DNA from: a virus | Lineage: Duplodnaviria; Caudoviricetes | IMG/VR virus record: IMGVR_UViG_3300042465_003931 | Span: 1-61,521 of that record | Direction: 5' to 3' (one strand) | DNA length: 61,521 nt | Part shown: positions 1 to 7,722 of the stretch, in pieces | Position numbering within the stretch: position 1 is the stretch's first letter | Layout: the number at the start of each line of letters is the position of its first letter | Notes under the pieces: generated by a model | The model's input: only the letters and a program-made list of their open reading frames with translations | Databases searched by the model: none | What the model was told of the DNA's origin: nothing | Program-made: the position numbers and the translations under genes

Positions 1-105
1 GACGTTCTTCGACGAAACGGGCGTGCTAAGAACAGCAAACAACGATGTCCCACGCTTCGACTACAACCCTGCTACGCTGGCGGCTCAGGGGCTGTTGATT
101 GAGGA
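1..105 (+). repeat. exact copy of 60300..60404
   Basis: Base-by-base identity for 105 nt, then abrupt divergence. Confidence 0.95.
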
Positions 106-1159
106 GCAGAGGACGAATCTGCTGTTGCAGAGTGAGGCGTTTAATACCACTTGGACGACTTCAAACGCAAGCATTACCGTTAATTCAACGACTGCACCCA
201 GCGCGACAACCACGGCGGATACGTTGGTTGAGGACATTGCGACCAACTTTCACTACGTTCAGCAAACCGTTTCCGGCACGACCAACACGAACAACTACAC
301 GATGTCGTGCTTTATTAAAGCGTCGACACGAACTGCCGCACGGATTGCAATCGTCGAAGGCACTACCTTCTCCCGGCAGGTTCGGGCAACTGTTGATTTG
401 TCGGCGGGCACTGTTGTTGGCGCTGCGCTGAATAGCGCGACCCTAACTGCCGCAACCATTCAGGCGGTTGGCAATAGTTGGTACAGGGTAACCGTTGCGG
501 GTGTTTTGGGTGGCACCGACACGAATATCCTTTGCGTTGTGTACGTCGGGCAAAACACGGCAACTTTTAGCTACACCGGCGATGGAACGTCTGGCCTGTT
601 CCTCTGGGGCGCTCAACTCGAAGCCGGAGCCTTCCCCACCAGCTACATCCCCACCACCACCACAGCCTTGACCCGTGCGGCAGATGTGGCGAGTGTGAAT
701 ACGTTGAGTCCTTGGTTTAATGCGACGGCCAGCACCATTTACGCGGAGTGGACGAACATTGCTGCGGCGATACCGACGGGCGCTTTGCAAACAGTTTCAG
801 AGATTACTGAAGCAACACAAAACAATTTTTACCGACTTTTCCAAAGTCAAGGCGCTGGAACGAAAGCATCCACCAATATGTTTTCTGGTGGCGTAAACCC
901 GGGGCGTATTGATGCAGGAGGCGCGTATTCAAACGCTACAATAAAAGCCGCATCTGCCTTCGCTGCGTCGGATCGAGCACTGTCAGCGAACGGCGGCGCT
1001 TCCGTTACTTCTGCAACGGGTGCTTTGCCTGTGGGAGTAACAGTATTTAATCTTGGTCATACTGGTTCTGGATTAAACAGCGTCAACGGCTACCTCCGCC
1101 GCATCGCCTACTACCCCGTGCGCTTGCCCGACGCACAGCTCCAAGCCATCACCGCCTGA
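2..1159 (+). CDS. head-spike/fibre protein, allele A (5' end cut by the window start; N-terminus corresponds to 60193-60299)
   Basis: The frame is open from base 2 (TFFDETGV...). It has PRFDY...GLLIEEQRTN, AQLEAGAFPTSYIPT...RAAD and C-terminal RRIAYYPVRLPDAQLQAIT motifs shared with 1169..2449 and 60193..61443. Ser/Thr/Ala/Gly-rich, beta-like. Confidence 0.75.
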   Translation, partial: TFFDETGVLRTANNDVPRFDYNPATLAAQGLLIEEQRTNLLLQSEAFNTTWTTSNASITVNSTTAPSATTTADTLVEDIATNFHYVQQTVSGTTNTNNYTMSCFIKASTRTAARIAIVEGTTFSRQVRATVDLSAGTVVGAALNSATLTAATIQAVGNSWYRVTVAGVLGGTDTNILCVVYVGQNTATFSYTGDGTSGLFLWGAQLEAGAFPTSYIPTTTTALTRAADVASVNTLSPWFNATASTIYAEWTNIAAAIPTGALQTVSEITEATQNNFYRLFQSQGAGTKASTNMFSGGVNPGRIDAGGAYSNATIKAASAFAASDRALSANGGASVTSATGALPVGVTVFNLGHTGSGLNSVNGYLRRIAYYPVRLPDAQLQAITA

Positions 1160-1237
1160 GGAGCACACATGAGTCTTTCACAGAACTACCCAACAACAAG
1201 ACCCACTCTGACGCTTGACTTTGCCAAGGCTAAGCGT
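1111..1237 (+). repeat. exact copy of 61395..61521 (window end)
   Basis: 127-nt identity covering the fibre stop codon, the RBS and the start of the next gene. One mismatch just upstream (1110/61394). Confidence 0.95.
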
Positions 1238-2449
1238 GTTGATCCGCGTGTGACGTTCACCAGAGCCAGCACAGCGACCTATTTCGACGCCTCTGGCACG
1301 CTGCGTAGTGCTGCTGACAATGCTCCTCGCATTGACTTCAATCCGTCTACGCTGCTGTGTCAGGGGCTGTTGATTGAGGAGCAGAGGACGAATTCCATTC
1401 GGAATAACACGATGGTTGGGGCTGTTGCGGGGACGCCAGGGACTGCTCCGACGAATTGGTTTTTTTCCGTAGCAACGACTACTGGTTTAACCACAGAGGT
1501 AGTTGGAACTGGTGCCGAAAGTGGTATTACTTACGTTGACTTGAAGGTATCTGGAACTGCTGTTGGGGCTGGTTCACTTACGATTGCTTTTGAGCCGAAC
1601 ACGCAAACAGTTGCGTCACAAAATCAAGTCTGGACCGTTTCAATGTATCGTCGGCTTATGGCCGGATCATTTAATGGTTTAACTCCGACGATAACAAACA
1701 TTTTCTTAAATAGCTACACAGCAGTTGGCACATTTGATGCAGCCTCCACAAGTCAAGTACGAAGCGAAGCTACTCCAACCAGCGCTGCGCTGAATACGCA
1801 GCGCTCTACTCTCACAGGCACACTAAGCAGCGCCACAACCGCTAGAGTAAATGCGGGCATGTTTTTTAGCATTGCCAACGGCGCGGCCATCGACATCACC
1901 CTCCGCATCGGCCTACCCCAGCTAGAACTCGGCGCATTCGCCACCAGCGTCATCCCCACCACAACAACAGCCCTGACACGCAGTGCTGATGTTGCCAGTG
2001 TTACGACGCTGAGTCCTTGGTTTAATGCGAGTGAAGGGACGTTGTTTGCGGAGGCCCAGTGGTTTGGCCTTTCCACAAATGATTATTACGCGGCGTTAAA
2101 TGACGGCACTGCATCTAATCTAATTGGTATTGGTGTAGCGTCTTCAGGCTCTTGGCGGTTTTTAGTGAACAACGTCGGGAATATTGAAGCTAGTATTTCT
2201 TTTGGCGTTGTAACGGCAAACACTGTTTTTAAACATTCAGGAGCATATAAAGTAAACGACTTTGCTGCGTGCGTAAACGGGGGGTCTGTAGGAACGGACA
2301 CAAGCGGCGTGGTTCCGTCAGGAATTACTACACTGTCGCTTAACGCAAGCCACCTCACTACCAATCAATTTAACGGCTACCTCCGCCGCATCACCTACTA
2401 CAACACCCGTCTTCCCAACGCGCAGCTTCAAGCGCTAACAGCCCCGTGA
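1169..2449 (+). CDS. head-spike/fibre protein paralog C
   Basis: GAGGAG RBS. TLTLDFA...FTRASTATYFD...GLLIEEQRTN and QLELGAFATSVIPT motifs. Paralog of the flanking fibre gene. Confidence 0.75.
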   Translation: MSLSQNYPTTRPTLTLDFAKAKRVDPRVTFTRASTATYFDASGTLRSAADNAPRIDFNPSTLLCQGLLIEEQRTNSIRNNTMVGAVAGTPGTAPTNWFFSVATTTGLTTEVVGTGAESGITYVDLKVSGTAVGAGSLTIAFEPNTQTVASQNQVWTVSMYRRLMAGSFNGLTPTITNIFLNSYTAVGTFDAASTSQVRSEATPTSAALNTQRSTLTGTLSSATTARVNAGMFFSIANGAAIDITLRIGLPQLELGAFATSVIPTTTTALTRSADVASVTTLSPWFNASEGTLFAEAQWFGLSTNDYYAALNDGTASNLIGIGVASSGSWRFLVNNVGNIEASISFGVVTANTVFKHSGAYKVNDFAACVNGGSVGTDTSGVVPSGITTLSLNASHLTTNQFNGYLRRITYYNTRLPNAQLQALTAP

Positions 2450-2652
2450 CTCCCGACCCCTTCAACGCCCTGATTGAGGAAACCGACCCCGCAGTGCTGG
2501 CTGAAGGGCATCGTTGGGTTCAACAACATTTTTACAACGAGTTGGCTGCTGAGGTGGCGGACCTAAAGCAGACCAGCGGAGAGCTTTGCGAAGTCTGCGG
2601 CTGGCGGTTTGTTGTGCCGGGGCGCGGATGCCTAAACTGTGAGAAAGGATGA
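2446..2652 (+). CDS. small hypothetical protein with two CxxC pairs
   Basis: GTGA overlap with the upstream stop; CEVC...CLNC. Confidence 0.5.
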   Translation: MTPDPFNALIEETDPAVLAEGHRWVQQHFYNELAAEVADLKQTSGELCEVCGWRFVVPGRGCLNCEKG

Positions 2653-2933
2653 CCATGTACACCGATTACTTCCTGAAATTCAATGACGCCGATGAGGCCA
2701 ACGAAGTCTTGTTCGATGACGAGCGTCCAAAGTACGCTGCGATTGACGTCATTGGCCAGATGTACAAGGCCACGGGCCAGACCATCCAAACTGATGACGG
2801 TGAGAACTACTACACCAGCGACGTGATGGAGTCTGTCCCCGGCTGGCACGTAAACGTGCGCCACACCAGCGAAGCGCCTGAGCTGAAAAAATACCGGGTC
2901 TACCCGAAGACTCCGTCGAGGATGTGGGCCTGA
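2649..2933 (+). CDS. small protein typically following this fibre family (possible assembly/partner protein)
   Basis: AAGG RBS; IDVIG...PGWHVNVR...VYPKTP.RMWA pattern; operon position. Confidence 0.55.
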   Translation: MTMYTDYFLKFNDADEANEVLFDDERPKYAAIDVIGQMYKATGQTIQTDDGENYYTSDVMESVPGWHVNVRHTSEAPELKKYRVYPKTPSRMWA

Positions 2934-2935
2934 GC

Positions 2936-2966
2936 CCTTTTCTTTGGCGCGGCGTCGTGGTATAAC
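2936..2966 (+). promoter_or_regulatory. putative extended -10 promoter (TG-G-TATAAC)
   Basis: TGGTATAAC at 2958-2966 upstream of 3052. Same layout as 58867-58897. Confidence 0.5.
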
Positions 2967-2969
2967 ACG

Positions 2970-3045
2970 ACCGATCCGAGACCCATCACAGCCCGCCGAC
3001 TGACTCGGCAGACCTCCCTCAAGGACGGCGGGTGCAGATTGAGGA
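2970..3045 (+). ncRNA. candidate structured 5' leader (possible pseudoknot)
   Basis: CCGAG 2976-2980 pairs with CTCGG 3004-3008, and CCCGCCG 2992-2998 pairs with CGGCGGG 3026-3032. The two stems are interleaved. Confidence 0.35.
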
Positions 3046-3051
3046 GCCCCC

Positions 3052-3552
3052 ATGTCATTCTCGACCTTCTCCGGCCCGATCCGCTCAGGTACGCAACGCT
3101 ACGGCGCAGACCGCAACACGGGTCTGGTGCTGCTTACGCAGTCCGCTACCATCAACATGTCGGGTGTGGCGTTGACTTCTGCGGCTCCGGCTCAGAATTT
3201 GTTCACGCTGCCTGCGGGGTCGAAGATCGTCTCGATCATCGCCGACAAGACCGTGGCGCTGGCGGGCAACTCCATCTCGCAGGTTGCGATGATTGTGGGC
3301 AATGCGTCGGACGACAACCAGTATCTGGAGTCGGTGAATCTGGCAACGACCAAGGGCCGTGCGGCTCAGGCTACGGTCGACGCGGGGCTTCAAGTGGACG
3401 ACTGCGACAACATCGGCACCTCTGATGTCATGCTTCAAGCCACGTTCACGGCGACGACGGGCAACGCCACGTCGGGCCAGATCGTGGTCACGGTGAGCTA
3501 CGTCCAGCGTCAGCCTGATGGTTCAGTGAACCCGACCGAGTACCAGAACTGA
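3052..3552 (+). CDS. capsid-associated structural protein (STFSGP N-terminus type)
   Basis: GAGGAG RBS; beta-rich. N-terminal motif of the gene that I recall following the major capsid gene in similar phages. Confidence 0.55.
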   Translation: MSFSTFSGPIRSGTQRYGADRNTGLVLLTQSATINMSGVALTSAAPAQNLFTLPAGSKIVSIIADKTVALAGNSISQVAMIVGNASDDNQYLESVNLATTKGRAAQATVDAGLQVDDCDNIGTSDVMLQATFTATTGNATSGQIVVTVSYVQRQPDGSVNPTEYQN

Positions 3553-3598
3553 TTCTGACGCCCCTCCGGGGGCGTAGCCCCCAGGGGCAGGAGTAGCT

Positions 3599-3862
3599 AT
3601 GGCCAAAACGAACTATTCCCCCACGTTCCCAATGTTCCCCGGGGATGCGGCTGCTGTCACGCCCAGTGATACGGTGGATCTACCTGAGCCGTCTGTCATC
3701 TATATCGGTACTTACGGTACAACGGGTGCGGTGAAGGTCACCACGGCCCAGGGTAGTGATGTCACTTTTGTCGGTGTGCCGCCCGGGTTCGTGATCCCGG
3801 TGCAGGTACGGCGCGTGTGGAGTACGGGCACTACGGCGTCTGACATCGTCAGGATCTTCTGA
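3599..3862 (+). CDS. head spike base protein, RcGTA Rcc01079-like
   Basis: AAAVTPSD..DL....IYIG..G.VKV....G..VTF..VP.G.VIPVQVRRVWSTGTTA..IV pattern. Confidence 0.7.
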   Translation: MAKTNYSPTFPMFPGDAAAVTPSDTVDLPEPSVIYIGTYGTTGAVKVTTAQGSDVTFVGVPPGFVIPVQVRRVWSTGTTASDIVRIF

Positions 3863-4011
3863 TGTCGTTTTCTTACAGCTTTGCGCTCCCAGCATGGCGG
3901 TACGGTGCGGGCGCGTATGCCCCACCGTATAGCTTTTTGTTGCTCGAAAGCGGAGACTTCCTGCTTCAGGAAGACGGTTTCAAGATAGGTTTGGAGGCTA
4001 ACAATGGCTGA
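3862..4011 (+). CDS. 49-aa virion peptide with LLLESGDFLLQEDG motif (not in ORF track)
   Basis: TGATG coupling to the upstream stop. Translates MSFSYSFALPAWRYGAGAYAPPYSFLLLESGDFLLQEDGFKIGLEANNG. Confidence 0.6.
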   Translation: MSFSYSFALPAWRYGAGAYAPPYSFLLLESGDFLLQEDGFKIGLEANNG

Positions 4012-4906
4012 CGCAAAGATTTCCCAACTCCCGGTAGCTACCACTCCGCTGGCGGGCACTGAGCTTGTCCCTCTTGTTCAAGGCGGGGTGACTGTTCAGT
4101 CCACGGTTGACAAAGTCCTGACCGGCACGGTGCCTTCGGGCACCGCCAACGGCGTGCTGTTCCTCAACGGCAGCAAGGTGGTGACGAGCGGGAGTGGGTT
4201 GGTTTTTGACTCCTCCGGCAACCTCGGCCTGGGGGTGACGCCGAGTGCTTGGAGCGGGCTTAAAGCGTTAGAGATTGTAGGTGTTGGGTCAAGTCTAGCG
4301 TCTGCGTCAAATAACAACCTTTACTTATCAGCAAACGCTTGGTATGACGGAGCTAATTGGAAATACGGCACATCTGCTGAGGCGACTCAGTATCAGTCTT
4401 TCACAGGCTCTCACAAGTGGTACACCGCCCCCTCCGGCACCGCAGGCAACGCGATCAGCTTCACGCAGGCGATGACGCTGGATGCGAGTGGGAATTTGCT
4501 GGTGGGGACGACTATTCCAGCCTACCCGACTGCTGGCCGTGGTCTTATTGAACTCAATGGGTCTAGCACTTCTTTATACGCACTAAAAGTTGGAGATACG
4601 GCTTATGGTTACTTGGCTGCGTCTTCATCAATCACAGAATTGGCGGCTAATGGTGCTTCTCAGCCTTTAGTATTTACCACCAACAACACCGAACGCGCCC
4701 GCATCCCCGCCGCTGGCGGTATGGTAGTAGGTACCGCAGCCCTCACCACAACCGCCACAGACGGTTTCCTCTACGTCCCAACCTGTGCAGGCACGCCCAC
4801 GGGTACGCCGACGACGCAGACTGGCACTGCACCTATCGTCGTTGACACCACGAACAACAAGCTGTATTTCTACTCTGGCGGTCAATGGCGTGACGCTGGG
4901 CCGTGA
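4004..4906 (+). CDS. tail/virion fibre protein
   Basis: MADAKISQLP N-terminus; DSSGNLGLG / MTLDASGNLLVG / FTTNNTERARI fibre repeats. Confidence 0.7.
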   Translation: MADAKISQLPVATTPLAGTELVPLVQGGVTVQSTVDKVLTGTVPSGTANGVLFLNGSKVVTSGSGLVFDSSGNLGLGVTPSAWSGLKALEIVGVGSSLASASNNNLYLSANAWYDGANWKYGTSAEATQYQSFTGSHKWYTAPSGTAGNAISFTQAMTLDASGNLLVGTTIPAYPTAGRGLIELNGSSTSLYALKVGDTAYGYLAASSSITELAANGASQPLVFTTNNTERARIPAAGGMVVGTAALTTTATDGFLYVPTCAGTPTGTPTTQTGTAPIVVDTTNNKLYFYSGGQWRDAGP

Positions 4907-4930
4907 ATCTAGCTTTGAAAGGAACTCACC

Positions 4931-5278
4931 ATGATCATCAACTGGACCATCGAGTGGATGAAGACCACTCCCACAACGGCAACACCGCCTGAATACGTCA
5001 TTTCGTGTGGCTGGCGCTGCACTGGCACTGACGGCCAATACACTGGCACGGTGTATTCGTCCTGCTTTTTTACGCAAGAAAGCGACACTTTTACCCCCTA
5101 CGCCGATCTGACGCAAGATCAAGTGCTGGGCTGGGTGCGGTCTTCTGGCGTCAACAAGGACGCCACTGAGGCTGCTGTCGCTGGTCAGATTGAGAACCAG
5201 ATCAACCCCCCGGTCATTCAACCTCCGCTGCCGTGGCTGGCCCCGGCCCTCACCAAGACCGTTACCACCAAGGCTTGA
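4931..5278 (+). CDS. fibre-associated small protein
   Basis: RBS; FTPYADLTQDQVLGWV...PLPW motif commonly seen downstream of fibre genes. Confidence 0.55.
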   Translation: MIINWTIEWMKTTPTTATPPEYVISCGWRCTGTDGQYTGTVYSSCFFTQESDTFTPYADLTQDQVLGWVRSSGVNKDATEAAVAGQIENQINPPVIQPPLPWLAPALTKTVTTKA

Positions 5279-5279
5279 C

Positions 5280-5447
5280 ATGCAAGACCTGAAACTGACC
5301 CTTTCTGACCTGTCTGTCAACGACGTCAACCTCATCATGGCGGGGCTGGGCAAACTCCCTCTGGAGGCCGTTGTCGACCTCTGGTCGCGCATCAAGGCGC
5401 AGGGCGAAGCGCAGATCAACCAAGAGCCCGCAGGGCTGACGGACTGA
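5280..5447 (+). CDS. small helical hypothetical protein
   Basis: ATG directly after the upstream stop; MQDLKLTL...LGKLPLEAVVDLWSRIK. Confidence 0.55.
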   Translation: MQDLKLTLSDLSVNDVNLIMAGLGKLPLEAVVDLWSRIKAQGEAQINQEPAGLTD

Positions 5448-5454
5448 GAACATC

Positions 5455-5709
5455 ATGGCTAAGACACCTGCTTGGTCTAGGGCTGAAGGTAAATCAGACG
5501 CCGGTGGTCTCAACGCCAAAGGCCGCGCCAGCTATAACAAAGCTAACCCCGGAAAGCCGGGGTTGAAGGCCCCACAGCCTGAAGGCGGGCCTCGTCGTGA
5601 CTCCTTTTGTGCCCGGATGAAAGGCATGAAGGCGAAGCTGACAAGCTCCAAAACGGCAAAAGACCCAAACTCTCGTATCAACAAAAGCCTGCGGGCGTGG
5701 AAGTGCTAG
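5455..5709 (+). CDS. small basic conserved phage protein (DUF6321-like)
   Basis: GGLNAKGRASYN...RRDSFCARMKGM...SRINKSLRAWKC. Confidence 0.6.
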   Translation: MAKTPAWSRAEGKSDAGGLNAKGRASYNKANPGKPGLKAPQPEGGPRRDSFCARMKGMKAKLTSSKTAKDPNSRINKSLRAWKC

Positions 5710-5720
5710 GCGGAGCCGGT

Positions 5721-5966
5721 ATGGACGCAACTCTCCTATGGAACACCCTTCTGACTGTCCTTCTGGGCGTGGTGGCGTTCTTCATGGCCGCTAAGTTCCG
5801 TGAACTTGACCGGCTCAGTATCTTGCTCAACCGGACACGCGAGGAAGTTGCCCGGGACCATCTCACCCGCGCAGAGTTTCGTCAAGACATGAAAGAGCTG
5901 CTCGAACGCTTTGACAGGCTCGAAGTCAAGATCGACAATCTCAAGAACCGCCCCAACCTGGGCTGA
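5721..5966 (+). CDS. small membrane protein (one TM helix plus coiled coil)
   Basis: GGAG RBS; hydrophobic N-terminus, then LDRLS...LEVKIDNL. Confidence 0.55.
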   Translation: MDATLLWNTLLTVLLGVVAFFMAAKFRELDRLSILLNRTREEVARDHLTRAEFRQDMKELLERFDRLEVKIDNLKNRPNLG

Positions 5967-5984
5967 CCCTCACTGGAGTTCAAG

Positions 5985-6182
5985 ATGGCAACGAAAAGCG
6001 GATCTGGATGGCAGATGGTCCCTGACCCGGACTACAAGGACGGCAAGCCGACCCCACCGCAGCCCCCTGCGCCACCCCCACCCAGCAAGCGCAAGCCTGC
6101 TCCCAAGAAGTACGCCAACGGCGGTGTGACCCGCGCCGACGGTTGCATAACCAAAGGCCCTACCAAGGGAAGGAAGGTGTGA
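5985..6182 (+). CDS. small basic protein with YANGG motif
   Basis: GGAG RBS; Pro/Lys-rich; YANGG...RADGCITKG.TKG. Confidence 0.6.
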   Translation: MATKSGSGWQMVPDPDYKDGKPTPPQPPAPPPPSKRKPAPKKYANGGVTRADGCITKGPTKGRKV

Positions 6183-6183
6183 G

Positions 6184-6315
6184 ATGATGAAGAAGCCCCC
6201 GATGTCCGCCAAGATGCCTCCCAAGGCGAAGGGCAAGAAGGAACTTCCGTTCTTCATGAAGAAGGACGCCAAAGCCAAGCCCAAGAAGATGATGGGCGGC
6301 GGTAGCTGCAAGTGA
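6184..6315 (+). CDS. 43-aa Lys/Met-rich peptide (not in ORF track)
   Basis: MMKKPPMSAKMPPKAKGKKELPFFMKKDAKAKPKKMMGGGSCK; GAAGG upstream; fills the gap between neighbours. Confidence 0.55.
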   Translation: MMKKPPMSAKMPPKAKGKKELPFFMKKDAKAKPKKMMGGGSCK

Positions 6316-6322
6316 GGTAGAG

Positions 6323-7114
6323 ATGGTAAACCCCAACTACGCCAAAGATGCGGCGTCGACTCCTGGCGCGAAAAGGCTCCGGAAGGAGCTGGCAGACGTT
6401 CTTGAGCCCAAGAAACCGCGCTGGAAGTCGGAGTACAAGGGGCCCGATCCCGACCGTCAAAAGATCGACGGGAAAGCGGTTGTCAGCCGTGAGGAACTCG
6501 CGGACTTCCAGCGGCAGTACGGCGCTGCCAAGACGCTGCGCGATCTGTTGAATGTGGACGCGACCGGTAAGCTGCCTGCGCGTGTTGGTGCGGGCGCAGG
6601 TCGCGGTGCAGCCGAAGGTCGCAAGGCAACGGACCGCGATACCGCCCCGATGCGTAGTGAGAGCCCCTACAACGACCCGTCAAGGGCGAAGGAAGGGGCG
6701 GCTGCGCGCCGTCGAGAAATGATGCGGGACCCGGGCCGTGACGCCGTCGAGCCTATGCTGGGCCCGGAGGCGGGTGTCGCGGCGTTGGGGCGCGCAGGGC
6801 TTGCGGCGCTGGCGCGAGGCGCAGCGGGTGCGATGAAACGTCCCGCAGCCAAAGAGGCCTCCGAGCGCAACGCTCCCTCGTTGTACCCCGACCCGCCCAA
6901 GACCGGCGGGGTCTTCAGCAGCGCAAGGTACGGCACTCGCGGCGAGCAGCAAGCTGCGGGCCGCAAAGCCACGGAGGACTACGCCCGTGATGTCATGGAG
7001 CGCGGCGCAGAGATGGGCTTCAAGAAGGGCGGCAACGTCAAGTCCTACGCCAAGGGCGGCAGTGTCCGTGGTGCTGGGTGCGAGACCCGCAGCAAGAAGA
7101 CGAGGTACGTCTGA
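6323..7114 (+). CDS. basic low-complexity protein with FKKGG/YAKGG motifs
   Basis: GAGG RBS; coupled to the next gene. Confidence 0.6.
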   Translation: MVNPNYAKDAASTPGAKRLRKELADVLEPKKPRWKSEYKGPDPDRQKIDGKAVVSREELADFQRQYGAAKTLRDLLNVDATGKLPARVGAGAGRGAAEGRKATDRDTAPMRSESPYNDPSRAKEGAAARRREMMRDPGRDAVEPMLGPEAGVAALGRAGLAALARGAAGAMKRPAAKEASERNAPSLYPDPPKTGGVFSSARYGTRGEQQAAGRKATEDYARDVMERGAEMGFKKGGNVKSYAKGGSVRGAGCETRSKKTRYV

Positions 7115-7362
7115 TGCGCGCGTCCCGTGGCATGGGGTGCATCAACCCCGCCAAGATGCCCAAGGCGAAGGGCTACGCCAAGGGCGGCGAAAGCCGCGTC
7201 AACGAGGCGGGTAACTACACCAAGCCCGGGATGCGCAAGACGCTCTTTGAGTCCATCAAGGGGCAGGCTACGCAAGGTACTGCCGCAGGACAGTGGAGCG
7301 CCCGTAAGGCGCAACTGCTTGCCAAGCAGTACAAAGCGAAAGGCGGTGGGTATCGTGATTGA
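7114..7362 (+). CDS. small basic protein with YAKGG motif
   Basis: TGATG coupling; GQWSARKAQLLAKQYKAKGGGY C-terminus. Confidence 0.6.
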   Translation: MRASRGMGCINPAKMPKAKGYAKGGESRVNEAGNYTKPGMRKTLFESIKGQATQGTAAGQWSARKAQLLAKQYKAKGGGYRD

Positions 7363-7488
7363 CGACGGTAAACAACACGCTCCGACTTGTTTTGTACATG
7401 ACGACGGCCCATGCGATTGCGGCGTTGAAGAGTACATGACGGATGAAGATATTGATGCAGAGCTGTTTGCGAAAGCGATGGCTAAGGA

Positions 7489-7722
7489 ATGAAGTCCCCC
7501 CAAAAGTCCCTGAAGGACTGGACCGCACAGAAATGGCGGACCAAGTCAGGGAAGCCGTCGTCAAAGACGGGGGAGAGATACCTCCCCGAGGCTGCGATCA
7601 AGGCTTTGTCTCCTGCTGAGTACGCGGCGACAACCAAGGCCAAGCGGCAGGGCAAGGCCAAGGGCCAACAATTTGTGGCGCAGCCCAAGGGCGTAGCCCG
7701 AAAGACGGCGAGATTTAGATGA
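7489..7722 (+). CDS. small basic conserved phage protein (DUF5872-like)
   Basis: QKSLKDWTAQKWRTKSGK...ERYLPEAAIKALS; AAGGA RBS. Confidence 0.6.
   Translation: MKSPQKSLKDWTAQKWRTKSGKPSSKTGERYLPEAAIKALSPAEYAATTKAKRQGKAKGQQFVAQPKGVARKTARFR

Noticed and set aside
1-2449. Diversity-generating retroelement acting on the fibre genes
   Set aside because: No reverse transcriptase ORF is present, and the differences between copies are whole-domain replacements, not adenine-specific substitutions.
1-2449. Invertase-driven shufflon
   Set aside because: All copies are in direct orientation and no site-specific recombinase is recognisable.
2970-3045. Hammerhead ribozyme or SAH riboswitch
   Set aside because: It lacks the CTGATGA/GAAA core and the SAH consensus; kept only as an unassigned structured leader.
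3558-3588. Intrinsic terminator after 3552
   Set aside because: GC hairpins are present but there is no T tract; more likely an RNA stability or processing element.
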